DNA from: an uncultured bacterium
GTDB taxonomy: Bacteria; Krumholzibacteriota; Krumholzibacteriia; JACNKJ01
Length of the DNA: 64,000 bases
Reading direction: 5' to 3'
NCBI GenBank assembly: GCA_963695095.1
Contig: CAVOFT010000001.1
Span: forward strand, 2,784,001-2,848,000
The notes beneath the pieces were generated by a model. That model was not told the origin of the DNA. It did no database searches and saw only the letters and a list, made by a program, of their open reading frames with translations. Both the position numbers and the translations under genes were made by a program. Shown piece by piece: positions 1 through 11,593 of this stretch (position 1 is the stretch's first letter; every line of letters begins with the position of its first letter).

Positions 1-393
1 CTCTGCCAGGCGGCCGCGCAGCGGATGGCCGCGGCCGGCGGCGGGCGCATCGTCAACATCTCCAGCCGCGGCGCCTGGCGCGGTGAGCCGACGGCTCCAG
101 CCTACGGCGCCAGCAAAGCGGGGCTGAACGCGCTCGGACAGTCCCTGGCACTGGCCCTCGCGCCGGCCGGGGTCTTGGTTTTCACCGTGGCACCGGGTTG
201 GGTGGACACGGACATGGCCGGGGACTACCTTGGTGGTCCCGGCGGCGATGCGGTGCGCGCCCAGAGCCCGCTGGGGCGGGTGGCGACGCCGGCCGAGATC
301 GCCGCCACCGTGCTGTGGCTGGCCACCGAAGCGCCGGCCTTCGCCACCGGGGCCATCGTGGACGTCAACGGGGCCTCGTACTTGCGCAGCTAG
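1..393 (+). CDS. SDR family NAD(P)-dependent oxidoreductase (5' truncated by window edge)
   Basis: GRIVNISS, catalytic YGASK (YxxxK), [20 protein letters not shown] and TGAIVDVNG motifs. Confidence 0.9.
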   Translation, partial: LCQAAAQRMAAAGGGRIVNISSRGAWRGEPTAPAYGASKAGLNALGQSLALALAPAGVLVFTVAPGWVDTDMAGDYLGGPGGDAVRAQSPLGRVATPAEIAATVLWLATEAPAFATGAIVDVNGASYLRS

Positions 394-478
394 GCGGAGG
401 AGCCGGCCACCCGGCCATTGAACTTGATTGAGCAGAGCGGGGCGGGGGCTCCGCCGAAACCGAACCCAAGAGGTGAAC

Positions 479-1159
479 ATGAAGCGTCGTATCATTTCCT
501 CCCTGGTCGTGCTGTGTCTGGTGCCCCTGCTCGTCGGCCCCACGGGCTGCGCGAGCATGTCGCGTCAGGAAAAGGGCGCCGCCATCGGCGGCACCGCGGG
601 CGCCGTCATCGGCGGCATCATCGGCAAGCACAACAAGAACACGGCGGCCGGCGTCATCATCGGCGCGGCCGTGGGCGGCGCCGCTGGCGCCGTCATCGGC
701 GATTACATGGACGATCAGGCTGCCGAGCTGGAGCAGGATCTCGAAGGCGCCCGCATCGAGCGCGTGGGCGAGGGCATCATGATCACCTTCGACTCGGGCA
801 TCCTCTTCGCCGTCAACAAGGCCGATCTCAGCAGCCAGGCGCGGGAGAATCTCGTCAAGATGGCGGAGATCCTGAACAAGTACGAGGACACGAACGTGCT
901 CATCGAGGGGCACACCGATTCCGACGGCAGCGAGCAGCACAACCTCGAGCTTTCGGATCGGCGCGCCGCCTCCGTCAAGCAGTTCCTGGCGGCGAACCAG
1001 GTGATGAACGCCCGCATGAGTACCATGGGCTATGGCGAGAGCAAGCCCGTCGCCGACAACGGCACTACCACCGGCAAGGCAGCCAATCGCCGCGTCGAGG
1101 TGGCGATCATGGCCAACGAGAAGCTCAAGAAGGCCGCCGAGTCCCAGGCCGGCGGTTGA
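479..1159 (+). CDS. OmpA family lipoprotein with glycine zipper (YiaD-like)
   Basis: GAGGT RBS; signal peptide ending TGC; GAAIGG repeats; IEGHTDSDG, NLELSDRRA and NRRVEV OmpA C-terminal motifs. Confidence 0.92.
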   Translation: MKRRIISSLVVLCLVPLLVGPTGCASMSRQEKGAAIGGTAGAVIGGIIGKHNKNTAAGVIIGAAVGGAAGAVIGDYMDDQAAELEQDLEGARIERVGEGIMITFDSGILFAVNKADLSSQARENLVKMAEILNKYEDTNVLIEGHTDSDGSEQHNLELSDRRAASVKQFLAANQVMNARMSTMGYGESKPVADNGTTTGKAANRRVEVAIMANEKLKKAAESQAGG

Positions 1160-1177
1160 TGCACTGAGCGCCCCGCC

Positions 1178-1220
1178 GCGCAGTGGGGAGCCCCGGCCGG
1201 CCGGGAACTCCCCGCTGCGC
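1178..1220. terminator. Long GC-rich hairpin after the OmpA gene
   Basis: GCGCAGTGGGGAG pairs with CTCCCCGCTGCGC (one G-U) around an inner CCCGG/CCGGG stem; no U-tract. Confidence 0.45.
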
Positions 1221-1285
1221 AGCGCGTTGGCGAGCGGGTCCCGGCGGCTTCCCCACCCTGTCCCCACCAGATTGGAGGCTGCGCC

Positions 1286-2596
1286 ATGTCCCTCCGCGAT
1301 CGCCTGCCTGTTCCCCTCCGCCCTTGCCTGGCCCTGCTCCTCTTGCCGCTCCTGGTCCTGCCGGCCGGCGCCGCCTGGCAGGGCAGCGTGGGCAGCGAGA
1401 ACGGCGTCGAAAGGGTCCAGAACCCGGCGGCGCCCGCTGCCGGCGAACTCACGCTCGCGCCTACCCAGCTCTGGCACCTGGGCGCCGATGAGGACGCCGA
1501 CGAGAGCGAGCTCTTCGGCCGCGTGAGCGAAGCCCTCGTCGATGCGGCCGGCAACAGCTACCTGCTCGACACCCAGCTCCACGAGATCCGCGTCTTCTCA
1601 CCCACGGGCGAGTTCCTCAAGAGCCTGGGCCGCAACGGCGAAGGGCCAGGGGAGTTCGTCAACGGCATGCACCTGTTCTTCCTGCCCGGGGACAAGATCG
1701 GCGTGGCCCAGATGATGCCCTCGCGCATCGCCGTGCTCGGCACCGGCGGCGAGGGCTACTCGGACTTGCACATCCCCGGCACCGAGGGCGGCTCCTTCTC
1801 GATGATACAGGGCGCCCGGGGCGCCGACGGCCACTGCGTCCTCGCCCTGGTCACGCCCGTGCCCGGGCCCGAGCGTTCGGAGACGCGGCGGCGGCTGATC
1901 GCCGTCGACGCCGACGGCAAGCTGCTGGCCACCTACAGCCAGCTCTCCGAGTTCCACGAGGGCGGCGGCATGGTCTTTCGCTTCGGTGCGGACGAGGGCG
2001 GCGCCGAGGATTTCATCGGCCAGTGGGACATCGACGGCGCGGGCCGCGTCACCACGGCGCCCCTCTACGACGAGTACCTGCTGCGCGTCTACGCGCCAGA
2101 CGGCCGGCTCCAGCGTCTGATCCGCCGCGACTACGAGCGCGTCAAGCGCAGCCGCGCGCAGATCGCGGAGATCGAGGAGAACTACGAGGGCATGCCGGCG
2201 GGCTTGCCCAGGCCTCCGATCAATCCCTACCACCGCGCTATCCAGGGCATCACCGTGCGGCCGGATGGGAGCGTCTGGGTGAGCACCGGCGCCGGCCGCC
2301 AGGAGCGGCAGGCCGGCAGGGTCGGCCCCTTCGACCGCTTCGACGCCCAGGGCCGCTTCCAGCAGCGCCTCTGGCTGACGGCCGACTTCGACCCCGAGCG
2401 GGACGACGCGGTCATCTGCGGAGACCGCCTGTTCGTCATCAAGGAGGCGCAGATGGTCACCAGCGCCTTCTCCGCCAGCTCCGGCAACATGGCGATGGAG
2501 ATTCGCATGGGCGGCCGCGAGGAAGACGACGCGGAGGACGAGGGCGAGGTCGCCCCCCTGTCCGTGATCAGCTATCGTCTGCCGGCGGGCTACTGA
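1286..2596 (+). CDS. Secreted 6-bladed beta-propeller (NHL-like) protein
   Basis: GGAGG RBS; signal peptide; VDAAGNSYLLD, IRVFSPTGEFLKSLGRNGEGPGEF and similar blade repeats. Confidence 0.8.
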   Translation: MSLRDRLPVPLRPCLALLLLPLLVLPAGAAWQGSVGSENGVERVQNPAAPAAGELTLAPTQLWHLGADEDADESELFGRVSEALVDAAGNSYLLDTQLHEIRVFSPTGEFLKSLGRNGEGPGEFVNGMHLFFLPGDKIGVAQMMPSRIAVLGTGGEGYSDLHIPGTEGGSFSMIQGARGADGHCVLALVTPVPGPERSETRRRLIAVDADGKLLATYSQLSEFHEGGGMVFRFGADEGGAEDFIGQWDIDGAGRVTTAPLYDEYLLRVYAPDGRLQRLIRRDYERVKRSRAQIAEIEENYEGMPAGLPRPPINPYHRAIQGITVRPDGSVWVSTGAGRQERQAGRVGPFDRFDAQGRFQQRLWLTADFDPERDDAVICGDRLFVIKEAQMVTSAFSASSGNMAMEIRMGGREEDDAEDEGEVAPLSVISYRLPAGY

Positions 2597-5500
2597 CGAG
2601 CCAGAAATCCCGCGGAGCGAGGCGCTCCACGACGGTGGGCGCCTCCTCCGCAGCGATCAGCGCCTCCAGGGCCGCGAACTGCGCTTCGGGCCCGATCAGG
2701 AAGAACACTCCCTCCGCGCTTTCCGCCAGCGGCCGCCCGAGGCCGATCAGCACCTGCCCGTAGACCCGCCGCAGCCGCGCCGCCAGCGTGGCCGCCAGGC
2801 CCGGCTCGTCCCTGAGCGCGAGCAGAGCCCGCCGGCAGGCGCGCACGCGCTCGGGCTCGAGGCCGTCGGCGAGGTCGGCGGCCATCGCCTCGCCCCGCTG
2901 CTCGAAGGGGCCGGCGGCGCGCGACTCGTTGAAGGCCACGGCCAGGGCATAGGGCAGCAGCGCCTCGTCCACCTGCCCCGCGCGGATCACGGAAGCCGCG
3001 AAGCGCAGGGTCTCGGCGACGTCCGGGCAGCGCTCGGCGAAGTAACTCGCCAGGCCGCTGCGGGGGCGGTAGCGATAGCCGTTGCTGTAGGCGAGCCCCG
3101 CGGCCCAGGTGCGCATGAAGAGCCCGTGCCCGCCTCCCCCGCCGAAGAGATTCCCCGCCAGCGCATCGAGCAGCTGCTCCCGCTCCGCGCTCCAGGGTTC
3201 TCCGGCACAGGCGCTGAATAGCAGGGTGCCGCTCCTCGTGTTGGCATCGAGGAGCCCGACGTAGACCGGCGACTTCGCCTCGGGCCGCCGCTCCTGGAGC
3301 CGAGCCAGGATGTGCGGGGTCTCCCCATGGCAGACCCGCTGCGAGGGTGAATCGTCCAGCGTGGCGGCCCAGGCCTTCAGCGCCGGCAGCAGGGCCGCGC
3401 AGTCGTCGCCACCGGCGATCAGGAAGGCGCGCCAGTTGTCGGCATGCGCGAGCGCTGCGAGCAGCGCGGCCAGGGCGGAGAGCGTCGCCGCAGGCGGCTT
3501 GAAAAGGTCCGCGCGCAGGGTCGCGCAGAGACTCCGCCAGTCGGCGGCCAGGCTGACCTCCGGCAATTCCGGTAGCAGTGCCCCGAGGGAGGCAAGGATC
3601 TCCTCCGCCAGGAGGGCGGCCGCGGGCGAGGCGGAGGGGGCGAGGACCGGCGGCCGCGCGCAGCGCGCCGCCAGGGCGGCGCGGCCCGAGGCGGCCGCCG
3701 GGACGAGGGCATCCAGGAAGCTCGCCAGCGCCGCTCGGTCCTGGGCGTCGCCCGGGTCGGCGAGCAGCCACTGCAGCCGGAGGGCGTGATGGAGTTCGGT
3801 CAGGAAGCAGGCCACGCTGAGGTAGAGCGGATTCGTCTGGTAGCGATAGGCCGCAACCGGTTCCACCATCCAGGCCTCCTCAGGGGCCTGCATGCGCGTG
3901 CGCAATCGGCTGAAGGCCTGGGCGGCGAGATCGCGCAGGCGGGGCAGATTGTCCGGCGCCAGGTAGCTGCGGCGGAGCGCAGCGTCCAGCCAGGGCAGCA
4001 GGCGCGCGCGCTCGGCGGGCCCGGCGGCCGCGGCCCTGAGCACCAGCTCGACGCGCCTACTGCGCGGGTTGGCGTCGAAGTAGGCGCTGTAGCCCGTCAG
4101 CTCGTGGCGCCGACGCGCCTGCATGCCCTCGGTGTCGAGCAGGGCGCCGTCCAGGGCCAGCCCGGCCCGCGTGAGCAGGTCGGGCAGGAGCGGCAGCAGA
4201 TGGAGCTGCGCCGCCGGCACGACATCGAGCCCGAAGGCGAGGCCCAGCGTGGCCGTGCTGAGGTGCTCGAAGCGCGCGACCACGAGCGGGGCTCCGCCCG
4301 CGAGCGCGATCGTCTCGACAGCGAGGTTGTCGTCCAGGCCCAGCGGGGGCGCCTTGACGAAATCGGGAATGGGCTCGGCAGCGGCCGCCGCCGCCAGGGC
4401 GGCGCCGGCGGCCTCCACCTCGCATTGGTAGGCGGCGAGGGCGACTTGCTCATCCTGACCCGGGCCGCCAAGACGGGCGCAGAGCTCGGCGCCGAAGGCG
4501 GCAAGGCGGGCCGCCTGCGCGGCGGCCCTGGCCGCAGGCAGCGCGGGGTCCGGCCGCACCGCAAGGCCGACAGGCGCTTCCAGGAGTCCCCAGCGTTCGA
4601 TGGCCTCCCGCCAGGGATTCCGCTCCTCGACGACGGCAGCGGCCAGGCGCCGGTAGCGATCCTCGAGCACGAGCGACTTGCGCGCGCCAGGCGCGCGCTC
4701 GAGCAGGCCGAGCACGCTGTGCCAGTAGTCCGCATGCCCGCGCCGAAAGCCGAACATCGGCGGACGATCCAGGGCCTCGCGCGCCTCCTTGCGCTGAGCG
4801 GCAAGACGGCTGGCCGCCTCGCGGTTGAAGGCGGCGAGGGCGGGGTCGCCATCTCGCCAGGCATGCACGCCGGCGCAGGGTGTCCCCGATCGCGCGGCGG
4901 ATGGCGGCCAAGCGCTCGCGGTCCAGCGCGTCCGGATCGAGCCCGGCCAGGCCGATCATCAGCGGATGGCCCGGCTCGTCGCTGTGATAGCCGAAGACGG
5001 CGCTCGCGCCCGTCTTGAGCACGCGCGTCCGCGAGGCGATGAGCGCCGCGTAGAGCGGCGTGCCGGGTCCGCCGGCGATGCTGTCGAGGAAGAGCTCGGC
5101 CAGGGCGATCTCGTCCGGGTCGAGATCCAAGCGCGCCGGCCAGGCAAAGACGGCCTGGCCGGGACTCGCGGCGCTCTCGCTCGCGTAGGGCCGGATCTCC
5201 AGCGCCCCCGGGCGGGCCGCAGGCGCCGGCGGCGGCAGTCGATGCGTCTGGATGCCCGGCGCTTCGCTGCGGTCGCCCCCCGGCCACAGGCGCGCGAGCA
5301 CGGCGTCGAGATGGACGAGCACCCGCTCGGCCGGGAGCGCCGCGGGCAGGCTGGCGATCAGCCCCATGCCGGCCGGATGATAGAACTCGGCGTGGAAGGC
5401 GCGCAGGTCGGCGGGGTTGAGCGCGCGCATCGCCTCCGGCCGGCCGCCGGCGTTGTTGGCCTGGACGTGGCCGGCCCCGTAGAGCAGTTCCGAGATGCCC

Positions 5501-6009
5501 GTCCACAGGGGGTAGCTCGGCCCCTCCGAGCTGCTCATCATCTCGGTGAAGACCGTGCCCTTCTCCTCGAGACCGAGGCGGCCCGTCGCCGGATCCCGGG
5601 CCACGGCGACGTGGGCCACCTCGCGGCGGATCTCCTCGTCGCTGAAGTCCGGATGCAGCAGGGCGTCCAGGCGAGCCTCGAGGTTGCGCAGGAAGCCCTC
5701 CTCGCCGGCCAGGGTGTTGAAGTGGTAGGCGGTGCTCAGCTGGCCGGTCCAGGCGCTGCTGGCAGAGAGGGTCATCTCCTCCAGCGCGGCCACGGCCCGC
5801 CCCTTGGCGCCCTTGCCGAGCAGCAGGTGCTCGCAGGCATGGGCCTCGCCGCGCTCCGTGCGGGCCAGGGTCTTCACCCAGAAGAAGCCCTGGGGCACGG
5901 ACTGGATCTCGAGCAGGTCGACGAGAAAGCCCGTGCGCGCGTGCAGGAAGCGGCTGCCCATGCCGCGACCGGCCGCGTCCTCGTAGACGTTGAGCAGGAC
6001 GAAGTCCAC
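2568..6009 (-). CDS. Insulinase/M16 family metallopeptidase (PreP-like), frameshift near 4875
   Basis: Inverted zinc motif HACEH, KGTVFTEM, GGRPEAM, FHAEFYHP in ORF 4450..6009; continues in ORF 2568..4868 (GLAYSNG); removing one base near 4875 joins them. Confidence 0.75.
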
Positions 6010-6072
6010 TCTCGGCTTCCTCCATCGCGCAGTGGACCGGCCTGCTCGGCCCGCACCGGGCGGAACGGCACT

Positions 6073-7182
6073 CTAGCAGAGGGACGGCGGGTCCGAACAG
6101 CCGCAAGCAAGCTCCTCGAGCAGGTCCACCCAGCGGCGGGCGCAGACGGCGAGCGAGAACTCCCGCTCGAGCCGGGCCCGTCCGGCCAGGCCCATCCGCC
6201 GGCGCAGGGGAGCGTCTCCCGCCAGGCGGAGCAGCGCCGCCACCCAGTCATCCTCGCTCGTGGCCAGGAGCCCGGTCTCGCCCTCGGCCACGAGCTGGGC
6301 ATTGAAGCCGACCGGGGAGACCACCACCGGTCGCGCGGCGGCCCAGTGCTGCAGGATCTTGAAGCCCGCCTTCGCCTGCGTGTAGGGATTGTCCGCCAGG
6401 GGCATCAGCCCCGCGTGACAGCTCAGCAGCAGGGCCACCTCTTCCTCAAGGGACCAGCGCCGATTGAGCACCCTCAGGCCCGCACCCGCGAAATCCCATT
6501 CGGAGACCACCAGCAGTTCACAGCCGGTCTGCTCCTGCACCCGGCGCAAGGCGGGCAGGATCTCCGCGAGATGGCGCAGGTTGCCCCCGGTGCCGAACCA
6601 ACCCAATCGCAAGGGACCCCCCGGTTCGGGAGTCGGCGCCGGGAAGCGGGCCAGGTCCACGGGGGTGGGGATCACATGGACCGGGACGGGCACATCCTGC
6701 AGGCGCGCGGCGAGGATCGCCGTGCTCGCCACGACGCCCCGGCTCATCGCCGCGATGCGGCGGATCTTGCCTGCGTCGCGCAGGCCGCCGCCCAGCGGGC
6801 GGAGCTGGGGCGGCGTGAGATCGAGCGCGTCGTCCACGTCATAGATGAGGCGGGGATTGAGCCGCGCCAGCCATCGCTCCAGCACGGGAGGGCCGAGGCT
6901 GAGCAGCTCGCGCTGCACGACGACCGCATCGGCCCGCCGGGCGGCGAGGATCTGCGCGATGCGCACGAGGGCAACGATGGCGAGGTAGAGCAGCTTCGCC
7001 GGCACGCGCAGGGGGCCACGGCGGGGGTTGAGCACCCGGGCGAGCGCGGTTGGCGCCGGCGGCCGGAAGCGAAGCTGCCAGCCCGCCGCGCGCAGGGGCA
7101 CCTGATAGGCCAGGCCCCGGCAGCGGGAGCTCGCATTGCTCGCGTCCCGCCAGGCCAGGAAGTCGATCCGCCGCGGAGACAC
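6073..7182 (-). CDS. Glycosyltransferase family 4
   Basis: YDVDDA, IPTPVD, LGWFGT, KAGFKILQHWAAARPVVVSPVG, RRRMGLAGR motifs. Confidence 0.88.
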   Translation of the reverse strand: MSPRRIDFLAWRDASNASSRCRGLAYQVPLRAAGWQLRFRPPAPTALARVLNPRRGPLRVPAKLLYLAIVALVRIAQILAARRADAVVVQRELLSLGPPVLERWLARLNPRLIYDVDDALDLTPPQLRPLGGGLRDAGKIRRIAAMSRGVVASTAILAARLQDVPVPVHVIPTPVDLARFPAPTPEPGGPLRLGWFGTGGNLRHLAEILPALRRVQEQTGCELLVVSEWDFAGAGLRVLNRRWSLEEEVALLLSCHAGLMPLADNPYTQAKAGFKILQHWAAARPVVVSPVGFNAQLVAEGETGLLATSEDDWVAALLRLAGDAPLRRRMGLAGRARLEREFSLAVCARRWVDLLEELACGCSDPPSLC

Positions 7183-7847
7183 TAGCCCCCCTTGCGCAGG
7201 AGAAAAAGATTCTGGAAGACGAAGAGGTGGCGAAACAAGCCGAGGCTGAGCGGAATCGCCACCCAGCGGTCGTAGCGAAGGCCGCGGCGCTCCCAGAGTC
7301 TGTAGTTGCGCCCTTCCCGCTCGATCGCGAAGCCGAAGGACGCCGAGAGCCGGCGGAAGCTCCCGCGCGTGAAGAAGCGCAGGTGTCCCCGGTCGAGAAT
7401 GCCGCGTTCGGCGGGGTCCCAGCGATCGCCGAGCAGCGAGAGGACGACGGAGTAGTGGGAGACATTGGGCAGGCTCACCACGACATGTCCGCCGGGCAGG
7501 AGCAGGGCCGCGGCCTGAGCGAGGATCGCGCTCGGCTCGGCGGTATGCTCCAGGATGTCGGCCATGACGATGAGATCGAAGCGGGCCCCCGCCGTCGCGA
7601 GTCGGGGCAGTTCGGAGTCGAGGCTGCCCGCGAGCACCTGATCATAGTGCCGGGAGGCCTCGGAAGCGGCTGCGGGCTCCCACTCGATGCCGGTGAGCTC
7701 GAGCTGCCCCTCTCGCGCTCGCAGCTGCCGGCCGAGTTCACCACGGCCGCAGCCCAGGTCGAGAACGCGCCGGCAGCCCTCGGGGATCAGGGCCAGCACA
7801 TCCGGTCGGGGGTAGCCGTAGTAGCCTTCTTCGCGCTTGTCGTGCAT
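7182..7847 (-). CDS. Class I SAM-dependent methyltransferase
   Basis: VLDLGCGRG motif I, FDLIVMADILEH, GILDRGHLRFFT; abuts both neighbours. Confidence 0.9.
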   Translation of the reverse strand: MHDKREEGYYGYPRPDVLALIPEGCRRVLDLGCGRGELGRQLRAREGQLELTGIEWEPAAASEASRHYDQVLAGSLDSELPRLATAGARFDLIVMADILEHTAEPSAILAQAAALLLPGGHVVVSLPNVSHYSVVLSLLGDRWDPAERGILDRGHLRFFTRGSFRRLSASFGFAIEREGRNYRLWERRGLRYDRWVAIPLSLGLFRHLFVFQNLFLLRKGG

Positions 7848-9045
7848 CAGCAGGTCCCCGGAATTGAGCCCAGCGCTCGCCGGCCAGCCAGCTCGGCGAG
7901 GCAGGCCTCGTAGGCGGTGAGCATGGCCGTCTCACTGAACAGGTCCTGCGCCCGCGCGCGCGCCGCCTGCCCGAGCCGCGCCCGCTCGGCCGGCGCCGCC
8001 AGCAGCGCGCTCAGGGCGACGGTCAAGCGATCGAGCTCGGCGCGCGGCAGCAGGACCCCTTCTTCGCCGTCGCGGACGGCCTCGCCGAGGCCGCCCCGCG
8101 CCACCGAGAGCACGGGCAGGCCGCAGGCCATGGCCTCGAGCACGCTCAGCGGCAGGCCTTCGTCGCGCAGGGTGGGCAGGGCGAGCAGGGCCGCAGCGGC
8201 GTAGTGCTCCTGCATGCGAGCGTGGGCGACTGGCCCGATCAGCTCGACCCGCTCGCTCAGGCCAAGTCGCTCGATCCGGGCACCCAGAGCGACCAGCGAT
8301 CCCCCCCCACGAAGCGCAGGCGCCAGGTGGGTTGAGCCGGGGCAATGCGCGCGAAGGCATCCAGGAGCAGGAAGACCCCCTTCTCGGCGATCACGCGACC
8401 GGCATAGAGAATGAGTCGGCTCCCTGCCGGATCCCCGAGGCGCAGGCCACTGGTATCGACGCCGTTGGGAATCACGCGCGGCGCGGCGACCCGGCCGGCA
8501 TGCTCCCTGCCGATGCTGCGCGCCACGGCCTGCGATACCGCGACCAGGGCCGCGCAGCGCGGCAGGCGGCGCCGGTCCAGCGCGTGCGAGTAGGGCGCCA
8601 GGACCGTCTTGGCCCAGGTCTTCGGATGCCAGGGCGCGCTTCGCCAGGCCGTCGCCAGCTCGCCCCCCAGATTGCCGTGGAGAACAGCCAGGCAGGGCGG
8701 GCGCTCGGTCGCCGGCAAGTCCAGCGCGCCCCAGGCGCCCGCGCTCTGCGAGAGCAGCGCGTCGAAGGGGGCCGCCGCCTGCTCGGCGGCGAAGGCCACC
8801 CGCGAACGGGACCAGTAGCCGCCGCGATAGACGCCCGGGCGCGTGCCGGCCAGGTAGCAAAAGACGAGGCCGGGTTCCTCGGCATCGGGCGCCGCGCCGG
8901 CGGCGAGGGCCGTCGTGAAGACCGTCACCGCGTGGCCCCGCCGGGCCAGGCCCCGCGCGAGCTGATCGGTGTGGCGCTCCATGCCGCCGGCCGGATGGTG
9001 GGCCGGCGTGGAGCGGCAGAAGAGAGCGATGCGCAGAGGCGACAT
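7847..9045 (-). CDS. Glycosyltransferase family 4, frameshift near the C8 run at 8301-8308
   Basis: N-part GGMERH, IPNGVD, YAGRVIAEKG in ORF 8257..9903; C-part EGLPLSVLEAMACGLPV in ORF 7847..9391; ATGA overlap at 9043-9047. Confidence 0.82.
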
Positions 9046-10259
9046 CAGCGCGGCTCCCGGGCCGGGCCGCCATCGGCCTTGCGCGCGAGCGCCTCGACCA
9101 CCGCCGACTCGATCTCGACCATGCGCGCGGGCCAGGCGTGCTCGCCGGCCTCGGCGCGTCGGGCAGCGCGGGCGGCCGGATCGGCCGCGTCCGCGAGCGC
9201 GGCGGCGATGGCGGCGGCGAAGTCCGCCGGACCGGTGGCGAAGCGGCAGAGCGCCGGTCGGTCCCGGTAGTCGGCCAGGGCAGGCAGGGGCGTCGACACG
9301 ATGGGCTTTCCGGCGGCCATGTACTCGTAGAACTTGAGCGGGAAGGAGGCCCGGGTCGAGGCGCTGAGACGGAAGGGAATGAGACAGACATCGAAGGCGC
9401 TCACGAGGGCGGGCAGTTCGGCATAGGGTCGCGGCCCGAGCAGGTGGACATTGGGCAGGCGCTCGAGCGCGGCCAGATCCGTGGCGGGATCCCCCGCGCC
9501 TCTCGGCCCGACGAGGCAAAAGCTCCAGTCCGGCCGTGCCGCCGCCACCGCTGCGAGCAGCTCGAGATCCAGCTTGTAGCCCGCGAGATTGCCGACGTAG
9601 CCGAGCAGGGGCCGCGGCAGGGCAGCCAGTTCGGCCGGCACCGGGCCGCCGGCAGCGAAGTGCTTGGCATCGGCCACGTTGGGCAGGTAGAGCGCCCGCC
9701 CCTGCGCGGGCCGCTTCTCGGCGAAGAGAGCCGGCGAGGTCGCGAAGACGAGATCGCAGCGCGCGAGCAGCCGCGCCTCCATGGCCAGGATCGCCGCTCG
9801 GTCCACGCCCGGGTTCTCGGCATAGGCGTCCACGCAGTGGTAGACGAGCAAGCGCTCGGCCAGGGCCCCTGCAAGCACTTCGCCCGTGGGCAGGAAGATC
9901 CACAGGATGGGCCGGCGCATGCCGAGCCGGCGCATCGCCCGGCGCAGGCTCGCCAGGAGCAGGCGGCGGTTCAGCGCGCGCAGCCAGCGCTTGCCGTGCC
10001 AGGGCAGGACGAGCGGCGACAGCAGCCAGACGCCCTCCGGGCTGCGGGCGAGCCCGCGCAGCCAGCCGCGCAGGCGGCGGGCAACCTTGCGCCAGTCCCC
10101 CGCACTGGCCGCCGGCGGCCGCAGACCCAGGGACTCGACGTAGAGCACGCGATTGCGCCCGGCCAGCCGCCCCATCACGTGGTGCACGTTCAGCGGCGCC
10201 TGGGTCGCCCAGAGCGCAGAGCCCACGCAGACGATATCCTGTTCCCGCAGCTCAGCCAC
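9045..10259 (-). CDS. Glycosyltransferase (GT-B, TuaH-like)
   Basis: NRVLYVE, VYHCVD, LPNVHLLGPRPY, FDVCLIPF, PLKFYEYMAAGKPIV; GTG start overlaps the flippase stop. Confidence 0.88.
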   Translation of the reverse strand: MAELREQDIVCVGSALWATQAPLNVHHVMGRLAGRNRVLYVESLGLRPPAASAGDWRKVARRLRGWLRGLARSPEGVWLLSPLVLPWHGKRWLRALNRRLLLASLRRAMRRLGMRRPILWIFLPTGEVLAGALAERLLVYHCVDAYAENPGVDRAAILAMEARLLARCDLVFATSPALFAEKRPAQGRALYLPNVADAKHFAAGGPVPAELAALPRPLLGYVGNLAGYKLDLELLAAVAAARPDWSFCLVGPRGAGDPATDLAALERLPNVHLLGPRPYAELPALVSAFDVCLIPFRLSASTRASFPLKFYEYMAAGKPIVSTPLPALADYRDRPALCRFATGPADFAAAIAAALADAADPAARAARRAEAGEHAWPARMVEIESAVVEALARKADGGPAREPR

Positions 10260-11547
10260 GGCTGCGCTCGCCGCGCATCGCCCGGCGCGCACCCCAGATG
10301 TAGAGCAGCAGCAGCAGGCCATGGGACAGGTAGACGGCGAGCACCGCCCCTTGCCAGCCCTGGCGCGGAATCAGCACCAAATTGAAGCCCAGGTTGGCCA
10401 GTGCCGCCACGAAGATGCTCGCGCTGCGGAAGCCGAAGTGGTCCGCGCCCGACAGCGCGTCGCCCAGGGGCAGGTAGAGGGCCTGGAGCAGCAGCGCCCA
10501 GACCAGGGCGCGCAGGACCTGCGGCGCCTCGGGGTACTCGGCGCCGAGGATGGACCCGAGCAGCGGGGCGGCGAGGTAGAGCAGGATGCTCACCGGCAGC
10601 GCATAGGCGAGCACGAGCGGTGCGCTGCGCCGCCAGAGGCTCAGGCTGCCGGCAAAGGAGCCCTGCCCGCGCTGGAAGAAGCGCGGATAGAGCGCCGACA
10701 TGAAGGCCTGCACGGGCAAGAGGGCGAAGGCATAGGCCCGGAAGCCGGCCGCGTACTGGCCGGCCACGACAAGCCCGGCCATGGCCGGCAGCAGCATCTT
10801 GTCGATGCCGATCAGGAAGCTGCGTCCCGAGGCCGCCAGGGCAATGTAGAGGCCGTCGCGGAAGCTGCTGCGAATCTCGGCCCAGCCCGTCGGCGCCAGC
10901 GGCCAGGCCCAGCCGCGGCCGAAGGCGGCCAGCGCGGCGATCAACCACAGGACGCTGCCGGTCAGGTGGGCGACGGCGAAGCGCGGCAGGTCCAGGCCCA
11001 CCATCAGGGCCACGCTCCCCACCGCGGCCAGGCGGCTGAGCGCCAGGCCGACCTCGATGACCGCCATGCGATCCAGGCGCTGGTCGCCCTGCATGATGCC
11101 GCTCAGCAGCGTGAGCACCGCGTAGACGACGAGTTCCGAGATGGCGAGCAGGAGCAGGGGCAGGCGCGGGAAGTCGATGTGGAGCAGCTGCGGTCCCAGG
11201 AGCGCCACGGCCAGCGAGAAGCCACCGCCCAGGACAAGGGTCACCCGCAGGCCCCCGCTCCAGATGGCGGCACGGCCGCGGGCGTCGCGGGCGACCGCCC
11301 GCAGGGCGAGGATCGGATAGCCGAGATTCGTGAAGGAGACGAGCCCCAGCAGCAGGGCCTGCAGGCCCGTGTAGCGCCCGAAATCCTCCACGCCGAGGCC
11401 CCGGGTGGTCAGGATGAAATAGGCGGACTGGATGACGATGCGCAGCAGATGGCCGGCGAGCAGGTGCAGGGAACCCCGCAGGAGCTGCTGGCCGCCCAGG
11501 CGGGCGCGCAGGCGCTCCAGTCCCTTCGGGGTTCGCATGCCGGGCAT
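10252..11547 (-). CDS. Wzx-type polysaccharide flippase
   Basis: About 12 hydrophobic segments; RGLGVEDFGRY, IDKMLL, GQYAAG, NLVLIPRQGWQGA. Confidence 0.85.
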   Translation of the reverse strand: MPGMRTPKGLERLRARLGGQQLLRGSLHLLAGHLLRIVIQSAYFILTTRGLGVEDFGRYTGLQALLLGLVSFTNLGYPILALRAVARDARGRAAIWSGGLRVTLVLGGGFSLAVALLGPQLLHIDFPRLPLLLLAISELVVYAVLTLLSGIMQGDQRLDRMAVIEVGLALSRLAAVGSVALMVGLDLPRFAVAHLTGSVLWLIAALAAFGRGWAWPLAPTGWAEIRSSFRDGLYIALAASGRSFLIGIDKMLLPAMAGLVVAGQYAAGFRAYAFALLPVQAFMSALYPRFFQRGQGSFAGSLSLWRRSAPLVLAYALPVSILLYLAAPLLGSILGAEYPEAPQVLRALVWALLLQALYLPLGDALSGADHFGFRSASIFVAALANLGFNLVLIPRQGWQGAVLAVYLSHGLLLLLYIWGARRAMRGERSRG

Positions 11548-11593
11548 TATCCCCCCTCGCCGGCCAGGCCGCAAGCGCGCCGACGCCCGCCGC